From a virus, in IMG/VR virus record IMGVR_UViG_3300042691_042551, positions 8,691 through 72,690 of that record: a DNA stretch of 64,000 nt. The stretch is one strand, 5' to 3'. The stretch's first letter is position 1, and each line of letters opens with the position of its first letter. The notes beneath the pieces were generated by a model that made no database searches, had not been told where the DNA came from, and saw only the letters and a list, made by a program, of their open reading frames with translations. Positions 21,401 through 33,400 of this stretch are shown here, one piece after another. Both the position numbers and the translations under genes were made by a program.

Positions 21401-24400
21401 GAATAATTATGATGTGGCCCCTGCTCAAACTGCTAAAGAAAATGCTCCTCAGCAGCCTCAAGGAAAACAATTTGCCGCCAGTCCTGCAGCAACTAAAACA
21501 TCAAACTTTTATAGCAAAACAAACGGAAATACTATAAAGGTTGAAACTCAGGAAGATGGAACAAAACAAGTTGTTGAAATAGACCAAAAAACTAAAAAAG
21601 AAGTTAAACGTACTTCTGTACCTGAAGCGCAATCAAAAAAATCTGATTTTGAAATAGCTTCAGAAATTACTGGTCAAAAGCTAGACAAGCAATTTACCGG
21701 TAAAACCAAAAAAACAGCTAAAAAAAGCGATAGTGAATATGTTGCTGAAGCCAAAAAAACTTTAGGTGAAAATGTGCAAGAAAGCGATATAGCCGAATAT
21801 GTAAGAAAAAAAATTGCTTCTGGCGAGTTGGATATGAAAACAGCAAAACGAGTAAGCACGGCTTTAAAAAATGCCTTTCTAGATAAAAAGGGAAAAGCTA
21901 GACAAGCTCGCGGAAGAAAAAACCAAGAAGAGGAAGCAAAAGCCGAAGAACAACGCAAAAAAGAAGTAAATGACCTTATTGAGCAAGCTGAAAGCGCAAG
22001 AGAAACCATAAGACAAGCTAATCAGTTGCAAGAAGTGTTTCAAGAAGCAACACAAGAAAGTGTAGTACAGTCTGACACTCATGAAGCTGCAGTCGAAGCT
22101 GAAACTGCCAAAACCAAGGCTAATGGTATAGGAAGCCTGAGCAAAAAAGAAATAATGCTCATGAACATCAAAAACATAACAGGAAAGGTGTTTAGTGGCG
22201 TTATGGGTTTTCACAAACAAGCAATGGTTGATGGCAAATTTGTTGAAGAATCATACAAACGGGTTCAAGAGATGATTTATGAACAGTTTAAATCATTAAT
22301 GATGAACAAGTTTGATCTGGACTTGACCACATACGAAAGAAATGAAGAAGGATATCTACTGTTTGACGAAAACGATGAAAACGTAGAAGCATTAACTGAA
22401 ATGAATCGAGTATTGAGTGTGTTTGATCCCAACGTGGCAGAAATACTACTTGAATCGATTGACGATACCGCCAAAGTGTTTGGCGAAAAAGGGGCTAATT
22501 TTCACGCCCTTATAAAACACGCTATTTCTGAATTGGGTAAAAGTTATGGCTTTCCTAATTATGCAGCAATAGAAGAATCGGTAGAAGATGCAGAGGTTCT
22601 CGAGCATACCGCAGAAATACTAGAGTCAGGAGAAAGCATTTTGCAGGAAGTTATTGACAAGGAAATGAACAGTAAAGCTGTCAAGTCCGCAGAAGCTATT
22701 GCAAAACTTGCTCATGCTGTTTTTCTTCAAAAAGCCAAGAACGCTAATGTAAACGTAAGCATTAACCCGGACTATTCGTTATCGTTTTTGATGCCATTGT
22801 TTAAGGGAGTCAACGGACAATCGAGAACGATAACGGACGTGTTGAATTATATTCAAGCAAGATTAGCTAGCGAAAACCATCCTATAAATGATACTCAGGG
22901 AAGATTGCTTATGGAGTCTATCGGCCAGGTTTTGTACGATTTGCAAAACAAAATGTATGAACAAACCGATGGTATCAATGAGTTGAAACAAAATCCAATG
23001 ACTATGACCTTTATAGAGCGTTCATTGTCAAGTATTTTTAATTCTCAGATAAGTGATGTTTATGCCACTTATTTGTCTGCAAAAGGCAAGGTATCTGTAT
23101 ATGTTGCCAACCGAGACAAAATTAAAAAAGACGTAATTTCTCAAATACGATCTGAAGTACGGAATTTTGTTCAGTCTATATATGCCGTTTCTGATTTAGA
23201 AGGTGGCCAAAGACGTTCTCGCTTTATACAAGCTATTGCAAAAGTAAGAATGAATATAGACAATCCCGAATCTGTATTATTTGCTGGTGACGAAGTTTTA
23301 TTGGCAATGGGTAACGAGTATCCATACATTAAAGATATTTTAACAAGGAAACTTGATGCCATAAGAAACACAACAGTAAAATCTCCAACACAAGTAGAAG
23401 AGGTTGGAAGATACATTTTAATGCTCAGTTCACCACAAGCTGCAAATCTGGAAAGTAATCCAATGATTGAGCAAATGGCTTTTGAGCAAATAGCTAACTC
23501 TGAAAAAATATTTGGCAAAATATCTCAAAGCCAGTATTGGTCAAATCGGTTAAGCCAAAATCAAAGCGCTGTAAAAAGGCCCAATAGAATGTCAAGTTCT
23601 ATTTCTGAAGCAAAAGCAGAGGCACTAAACAACAAGAAAAAACCTACTGAAGATGCTCAGAAAAACGATATGGACGATTCTGTAAATGTCGTAACCAATT
23701 CAAAAAACAGAAATTTTGGTTCCGAAGGTTCAGATCGAAAGGCTCGACTAAGCAAAAACCCGCTTGTAGCAATTAAGTCAATAGCCAAAAACTTATCTGT
23801 AACCATGTTAGGCGAGTTTTCTATTGAAAAGGGAAAAACTATTGCTTTAAAAGCTGAAAAAATGTCAAGGGAAATGGTACATTTAGCTAAGATTGCTATG
23901 TTTTACCAAACCAAAAACTTTGGCAAGTACGGGTATGGTGTAATTGATCAAGTAAGTGATTCTCCAAGAATACACATGATTAATGGTGCACGTATACAGT
24001 TAAATGGTGAAAACAAGTTTGTATTTGCCGGTGATGTAAAATATCCAGGAAGTTTGATTGAAGATGGCTCTTTGCTTCTTGATGCCGTTCAAACTGCGGT
24101 TATGAAAGCAAAAGAAATGTTTCCGGGAATTACCATTAAACAAATGGAACAGCATATACCGTCATTCTACAAGATTGATGGTACCGGAAAAGTAACATAT
24201 AATCCAACAGCACTTGAAAATGAAGCTTTTAAGTCATTTAACGACTACATTAAGGCTAAAAGTAAAATGTACTATGATCCTAAAGCCGGAGATTCAATAG
24301 CCAAAACAGAAAGGGCTTATAAAGCAATACTTGAAGCAACAAAAGAACTTTACTATGCTAATGACTACAAGACAGGTAAAGAAAACTTTGAGAAGAAGAT

Positions 24401-27400
24401 TGCCTTTATTAAAAACAACCGAGATATGGAGGTTACTAAAGGAATGTCCGATTTCGCGAAGAATTTAATTGACAATGATCAAATTGTCGAATGGTCTAAG
24501 AAAAAGAAAGGAAACTTTAAAAACTTCTTCAAAGAATTTGTTGCAAACGAAGAGTTTAATCGATTTTATGCAAATCAGTATGTCCGCGGTGATTTAGAAA
24601 GCTACATGAACCTTGACCCGGATAATGTTTTTGTTCGTTCAAAAATGATAACAGCTCCAGGTATAGGTGTAAACGTAGATTTACCAATGCGATACATGAT
24701 TTTGGATAAAAATCTGTACAATGGAAGCGACAAAATAATGCTTGATGTAAACGGAAATCAGGTGCCTTGGGTACCAAATGATGGTGTTATGTTTTTGTCT
24801 GAAGGTGCTGGAAACGTAATTACTGCAGGTGTTGGTCCGCATCATGGATACAGAGGAACATTTAAGTATGCTATGCACTCGGTAAATGACCAAAACGTAG
24901 CTACTTCTCATAAAGGTATGCAGATAGTATTGACAAAGAAGCTGGCAGAATCAAATCCGGCTTTAATGTCAATATATAACATGATGAAGGAAAACAACTT
25001 GGATGCGGTACTTGACCATTCAGCAGAAAAAATAGGTGCTGAAAAAAGAACCAAAGCCGGATGGAACGAAAGCGGTGTAACTCTTGAAGAAGCCCCTATT
25101 GTGCATACAGCCAATTTTGGGGATATTTATGTTCAACTTTCGGTTTCTGAAAACCAAAAAGGAATGTGGTCGAAGGATTCTGACCAAAAAAACAGACAAA
25201 CGCCATTGTATGCCGGTAGCAGCGAACAGGGTATTGAGTACGTAAACAAGATTCAAAACTTTATAGCGAACAGAATAAAAAGTGGAGTATTTAACTCTGC
25301 GCAACGAAGCGCAAGGTTTAACAAGTTAATGAATAATTACAGGTTCAGTACTGAAGAAAACAAACAAGAAGCCAAAGATGAACTTATTAGCTACTTAAAA
25401 AGAAAATCTAAAAGAGAACCACTATCTGTAAGGGAAAAATACAACCAAATTATCAGCAGGATAGAAACAGGTTATGTATTTGAGTACGATGATGGATTAT
25501 TGTATCAAGTTCACGCATCAACTTTTAGGGAAGGTATGTCAAATAGAATGGAATCGTTTTATATGGCATTGACCTCACCATTGCTTGGCAAAGAACAACC
25601 AAAGTACAGATTAGAAGATCGCCCAGGTTTTTCAGAAGTTGTATTGCCGGCAAAAATGAAAGAATTGCTTAGCGATTATGCAGATAATGATGGTAACTAT
25701 TGGGTAACTGGTGTGAAAATACCATATAACAACTCCGCTACTCAGCTACGAGCAAAAGTAATTTTTGACGAAAGTTTGGATGATAACGGTTCCAATGTTA
25801 TTCCACCGGCAGAATTTTACGCCTTGTCCAACTCAGATAATGACGGAGATAGACTATTTATCTTTCCAATGCATCCAAATCCGGAAAATATAGTTTCGCC
25901 TTTAAAAGAGTTTGGAATTAACATAGATGAAAACACAACATTTGACTCATTATTAAGCGAATACACTACAAAATCTCAAGAAGATGATTGGAATGGTCCT
26001 TCGTTTGACTACGTATCTATGTTGTATGAAGATTACCTTGCTGCTAAAGAACTGGAATACAACGGAAAGTTGTTTAACGATGTAGCTTTTGCTCAGCAAA
26101 TGGCTGTTCAGTCAAATGACGTTAATGTGTTTCTGTCAGTTGTGGAATCTGAAGGTTATAAAACTAAAACCAAAAACACGTCTTCAAATGAGGGCCAATT
26201 ACAACGCGTTACAGAAAAGAATTTTTCTGCTGGTGGTATTGGCACTGCAGCATCATATATCCGTTCTATATCTCAATTTATTCAGCTTGGAATGGATTAC
26301 GGATTGCGTGTAGCAATGAGATCTTCACGATCAAAGCCGTATTTGTTTAATTTCAACAATGAGGTATTTGATCCGGCTGTTATGGAAACTGTTCCTACGT
26401 TAAATCAAAAACCGATTAATATAAGGGATATTGAAAGTCAAGCAGTTCAAAAAGCTATTGCCAACAATCCAGATTATGCAAATCTCACCCCTGATTTACA
26501 AGAAAATCTTGTAAGTAATGAAAGAAATAAGCTATTGCAAGAACTTGAATCATTGGTTGAGGAAGAATCAATGCTTAATACGCAAAACGCGACTTCTCAA
26601 ATACTGCAGGTTTATGTGGATGCTGTTAAAAAAGGTTATTTGAATAAGGTTGGACTAAATAATCAGAATATGCAGGTGTTTATACACCTTGCAACAAGAT
26701 TAGGGCTCAACGAGAAAGTTCCGGGCCAAGGCATAAGAATGGCTTTAAGACTTGTTAATCAGCCTATTGTTAAAAAGTATTTTGAACTGACTGAGTACAA
26801 TCCAATGATTCAGGATCAATACTCCCAGAGAGATTACGAGTTAATTGATAAACTAAAGAAAAATCTGGCCGAACTGGTACCTAACGATATGCAAAACAAC
26901 ATCAATACCCTTGATGTGAACCTAAACGCATTAAAAAATGAGTACAATGGAAAGCATATACAAGATACTGAATACAATACTGAAAATCAACTTATAGGTG
27001 ACTATGCGTTGGCGCAAATTGAAGCCATAAAAGCACTGGAATCTTTACTTGATATACAAGCTGCGGTAAGTCCGTACAGTTTAAATTCTAAGAAGTTTTC
27101 AGAAGTTCCTACGACAATAGAAGAAGCAAGGACATTTATCCATGAAATGGAAAAATATCAGGCATTAGCTACCGATGAAGAGGTTAAGGCGACATTGAAA
27201 AAAATAGAAAATGCTCAAAGGACTGGTAAAAATGCAAACCTTGTAATTTCGGAAATGCTGCAAAACAATGGCCGGTATTCAAGTCCAATGGTATTTAATG
27301 TTCGAAATGATGCAGACAATTACCAAAGGCTTGTAAATTCATACGAATTTTTAAAGCAACTGAACGACAAATCAGGTCCATTATACGAAAAAGAAAAAGG

Positions 27401-30400
27401 CAAATATATTGAAGCTGGCTTTAGCGAAAGCGCTATTAGTGATATGCTCAATAATCTAGCTAAGATACATACTAACATGTTGCTAACCGGTAACATGCAC
27501 GTTTTTGAAAACCAGGAAATGTTTGCTAAAGCTGAAGGTTATTTTATGATGATGGCTTCAATAGCAGATTCAAATACTGCTTACGATTCCAAAAACAACA
27601 AAATGGTTTTTGATTTTATGTCAAGGTTGTTTCCAAGAGCCGGCAAAATGTTTCACAAGTTAGTTGGTAAGTTTCAAGAAGGATACAACAGACAAATATT
27701 ACAAGAGGTATTAAGCCAAAAAGTAATGCTTTCTGAAAATCAGAAAAAAGACTTCAGCTATGCAATGTCTAAAATACTGAAGGTTTTGTTTGAAAATAAA
27801 CAATACTTTTCCGGTAACTTATTTTTGAATAACCTTGAAATTCAAACATTTGAGGACAAAAACATACTACCAATACGAGTAGAATCAGACGGTTCTGCAG
27901 TATACATTGACAAACATTATGTCCTTGAAGATGGAATATTTAAGCAGGCTAATCTTGTTCCAATAAACAAGTTGACAGATGCTATCATTTTTAATGATGT
28001 GCTTAAAACAGATCCACTAAGAGCGTTTTTAGACGTTATACTTGGCAATCAGATATTGTCCGAAAACATAATGTTTGATGAAACAAGAAAGCGTTTTGTC
28101 AATAAAAAAACAGGGTATATTTACGGAAGTGAGAAAAACACACAAGCATCTGATGTAAAAGATTCTGAACGCATATTTACTGCTGGTACCACATCTGTAC
28201 CCGAATACAGAGAGGCTTTAATATCGTTGGCCAGTGATATTTTTGGAACCATCAGGCAATCTAGCTTAGAAGGTATTGAGAACGAAAGCACAGAAACCAT
28301 GTGGAATTGGGCAGCAATGATGTATTTTGACAAAAACGAAAACCAAAGGTTATCTCCAAGATACAATACGCCTCAAAACGAAGAAATAACTTTAAGCCAA
28401 AATGGACGTGTGACTTTTAGCCAAGAGCAATTAAAGGATATAGCCAATGGAATATCTACTTTGTTTGATGGATTGAATAACATACGGTACAATGCAAATG
28501 GTGAAGCAATTGGAACTATTGCAGATGCTATACGGTATGAATTGGAATCAAATCAAATCGATGAAGGGTTTCTTTCGGAAGATATTATATCCAATCCGAA
28601 CGCCTGGTTACTTTATTTTTCAAATAACAATACATACCCTCAGGTAGAAAAATTACTAGGTATTCTCAAAGCTGATAATGAAGAAAATCATGCTAATATT
28701 AGGAGTTTGATTAACGAAAACTTTCTGGGCTATGACATGATAAGCTTTGCCAAAAACTCAATAAAAACAATACTTAATAATCCTACACTTACTCAATTTT
28801 ATGATCAAGCTATGATTTCTCAAATGAAAAGCGATGATCCTAAAGCACAAAGTATTGCCAAAAGACACGAGTTTTTCCATACTAAGTTAGATAACGGACA
28901 AATAGTGCTTTATAAACGAGTTCAAGCCGGGTATACAGAAACAAAGAATTTCTTTGGTCGTTTTCAAAAAGTACCAAACTACAAATACATTGCCATTGGT
29001 AGATACAGTTCTAATGGTGAAGTAGAACGGTCAATGTTTACCAATGGTCGCCTTGAAAGCAGTGTTGATGGCGTATTGCAATTACTAACCCAAGAAGGTG
29101 TTCATAATTTAGATTACGATAGCGCGATTAAGAAAATAAGCGAGATAATATACGGTTCATCTTCTGGAAGTATTGATACTGTTGGTTTTCTAGCTGATAT
29201 TCAGAAAAAGTTTGAAACTCTCAAATCGGAAAAATTCAAGAAAATACGCGGTTATAACCACCCCGAGTTTTTTGATATGATGATTTCAGAGTTTGAGCAA
29301 GCCGTTGTAAAAGGAATATACGATAACAAAGGCGATGTGTTTAAAGATACTAAGGCTCAGCTATTGCTTCAAACAATCAGAGCAATAAGAAGTGTAAAAC
29401 AGGCAAATGATAAACTGTTTGTAAACAACAACTTTGTTATTGACAATGCTGAATTTACCGAAATAACCAATGCTCCTATTGACTCTCAAAACACAAGAGA
29501 AAAGGCAAGACGTGCAACTAATCGAGTATGGCAACGTAATGCCGAATCTCAAACATTATCTGCATTTGACATAGCCAGAAACATTGTAGAAACATTAAAA
29601 GGAAACGTTTCTACCACTAGAAGCAAATCATTGTTTGAGTATTTGGAGGTGAAAAGCAAAGGAAACAAAGGAAGAAGAATTGCACAAAGCACTTCAGCCG
29701 GTTCCGGACCTAAAATGTTTTCTAACGTCAACGATATGATTGACTTGTTTCAGGCTCAGCTTAATGGAAATCCATTATTAGGTAGCGTAGCTAAGTTTTT
29801 AAAAGAACAAGTGGGTGGAATACCGGTATCTGTTGTTGACAATCAAGAATTTGAAGCATTGGAACAAAGCATATTTGGAACAACCGGTACCGCAAGAGCC
29901 ATTTACATACCAAGCCAAAGACAGATTGTATTCAATGGAGATAGAAGTTCATTAGACGCTCCTGAGCTTATTATTCACGAAGCGTTTCACGCATTTACTA
30001 ATGCAGCTATTAATGACCCTAACAATGTTGATTTAAGAAACGACATGGTAGAGTTAAGAAACGTAGTGTTTAACTCAAATTACCGATTAAACACTACTAA
30101 CCCAATGGCCGTGCAAACCCTTAATGACATATTTGCCGATCCAAACCTTGATGAATTTGGTCAAATGGAAGAAATTATATCAGAAATGTTTTCTGATAAA
30201 ACTGGCCAGATGCAAGCTTTATTGAACAACATTAGGGTTGGTCAGGGTACTCTTGAACAATATAAAGGTGAAAACAAAACTTTATTTGGTAAAATACTCG
30301 ATACGATATCAAAATATCTTGCAAAAATGGGAATTGGTAAAAACACCGATTCAGTACGTCAAGTCCTTGAAAACATATTGACAACGTACGAAGATATAAT

Positions 30401-33400
30401 GACATATGAAAAAGCAATGCCTCAGCATGTTACATCAAATATATACGAGTACAACGGGAGGACATTTGTAAATAGCAATCAACTTGTTAACGATAACTAC
30501 GGTGTTAACCAAAACACAATGGAAACCATTGCTAACGATATGGGTATTAGCATAGGCAGAATCATCAAAATGGCTGAAGATTTAGATACTGCATCCGATT
30601 TTTTGCATCAGTTTGTAATGGATAATGTTCTTGGAAGAAACTCAAACCACAATAGAACTGAAGCAAAAAGAATGATGGCCGGCTTTAATTCAAATGTTGT
30701 AAACAACATACCAGATGATATTATGCGTCTGTTTGATTCAAAAATGAACGGTTGGACTATTGATGAAGATTTATCTCAAGGATCTTACTTCTCAACCGGC
30801 ATGATGGTTTCTGGAAACAACAACATTGTTTCTTTCAATAATCAAGGGGATGTAAAAGTAACCAGTATTGGGGCTTCATTTAAAGAAAGCGATTATTCAG
30901 TTTATGATACTCAAAGTCCTATTTTAAACGCAAAAGCTGCTCATAAACAAAAACTTATGATGAAGGCTGCAATACAAGGTGTGTTTTTAGAAGGTCAGGG
31001 CTATCCGGTAAAAAAACTTGAAATTATTGTTGCTGAAGCCAATGGTGTAGTTGGTGGGGCCGAAGCTATTGAAATGACAATGGATGAAGCAAGAAGTATT
31101 GTAAGAGCTTATGTTATTGACAAGGTTGCAGATCGCATGGGCGCTTTTGAAGCAATGCCAATAAGTAATGAGGACTTTATGAAAAATCCTCAGAACATAT
31201 ATGGCAATTATTACATTGATAAAGCCTTATCTGCATTACGCGATATTACCGATGAAGATAGAGAAGCACTTCGCCAGGGTTTTAAAAAGAATACAATGGT
31301 TAGTCTTGGCAATGTGGACCTAGAAGCTCAGGTATCGCTTTATGAGCAATCGTATAATAACGTAAAAGCATTGCTAAAAAGCGGAAGTATTGAAAACATG
31401 ACTGAAAAGGACATGATTGAATTGCTGGGTGACATTAAGCATTTAGAAAGAATGAGTGATGATGCTGATGTTTCCGGGATAAAATCAATCTTAAATGGCA
31501 TTACCGATGTAATACTGATGCAGCGAGAGGGAAATACCTTAAAAGAGTCAATAGCTATATCAAAAGCATCTAATGTTACAGACATCGCTCAGTGGATTCC
31601 TTCCATTACCAATTCACTTCAAACCTTAAACCTTGGAGTTAACACGTCCGAAATAACAGATACCATTGCTCACTCAATCGAAGAAAATCAGAATGAAGCA
31701 CAAGATTTTCAAACCAAATTGAGAAAAGCAGCCATAGAAGCTGTTAAGTCAAGAAATGTTCGTTTTGCTAAAGCAAGAGCGACCTTGAACAAATACTATT
31801 TGAGCGATAATCCATTAGAGAAAGCTTTTCAAAGATTAACGGTGCCTTATTATGGTTCGGTTCAAACTACACGGCTTAAATCTCTTAGCGAAGCTTCAGT
31901 TGACTTAGCAAATGGAAACATTACTCAGGCAGAATATGAGTTATTGCAGTTAGTAAATGGTTTTTATCAAAAAAACGCAAGATACATATACAATAACAAG
32001 GGTGTCAACCATGGTGGTTTATCATCTGAAGGTGCAGCTATATTTGAAACTCCGGCAAACGATAGACAATTCTTCTTACCATACTACCCAAGCAAAGTAT
32101 TTGAACGGTATAAAAACAAACCAAAAGCATTTGCTGCATTGGCTTCTTACTGGCATAATTTCAGAAATAACAGTTCTGAATTACAGAATGTTAAGTTAGA
32201 TTCATACGAGTTTCGGGATGCAAACGGTTCTTTAGTTCGCGTATTTAAAAACAGTACAGTACGTGAGATAATGAAAGAAATGGAGGATTTGGAAAGAAAA
32301 GAAGGTGAATTAAGAAGGATTGCTTTCCAACGAAACCCAAATGCAGTATTGCCACAGGCCAAGTATTCAACAGAAAAAGCAATTAAAAACCTATACGATG
32401 CTGCTATTAAAGCGGATAAAGGTAAAAATGCACAAAACCAAAGCAAACAGCAACAACACACAATGACGTTGCCGGGCATGGTTCGAACTAAAGAAAACGT
32501 AGCTAATGGAAACATGTTTTCAAATCTGATGAATTATTCCGGTGAGGTTTATAAAGCAAAAGCACTAGTTGAATCAAGGGGTGCGTATTCAATATTGGAC
32601 ATACTTGCAGCAAACTTAAACCTGAATGAAATCCGAAACTATATTGATTGGGATGAACGCGTTAGATTGCTAAAACAGAAATACAAAGAAGATAAACACG
32701 AGTTTATACATCAAGTAGCTCGTTTTGCTTCTTCAATGGCCAGATATGCACAACTTGCATTTAAGATACCAAATGCTATGTTTGACTTTGCAGCAACATC
32801 ATTAAGTGCTGCTACGGCAATGGACGGCATTACAAAAGAAGATAAACTTGCTTGGGCCAAATACATTGGGAACGCATCATTTGTAAATTATCCATTCGCT
32901 GTAATGAAGCTTGTCTATAATTTTCATGAAATACGCGATATAGCATTGGCTTTTGGGTTGTTTAATCATAGAGATTACTCTACAAGAAAAAAATCACCAT
33001 TAGGGCTTGTAAAAGGGGCTATGTTATTAAACTACTGGCTATCTGGCAATATACCCAGGTTGGTATTTTTGGCCGATCAATTAACACTAAAAGATCTCAA
33101 GAACATACAAAATATCACTCAAACCAATAAAACTGGCGAATGGCTAAGTTTTCTTACCGGGCAACGTGAAAAACGCGATATACTGAAAGGTTTAGATAAA
33201 CAAACCCTTACAAATGTAAGGCGTGCATTAGATCGGACTGAAAATGAATTAGGTAAATTTAGAAATTCAACGGAACGTATTTATTTGTCAAATGGCACTA
33301 TTTCAGCATTTATGCAGTACAAGTCGTGGGCACCAGATTTAATATGGGCGCGTTTTGGTGGAGAGTATAAAACAAACGGTGTAACTTACATGGGTAGATA

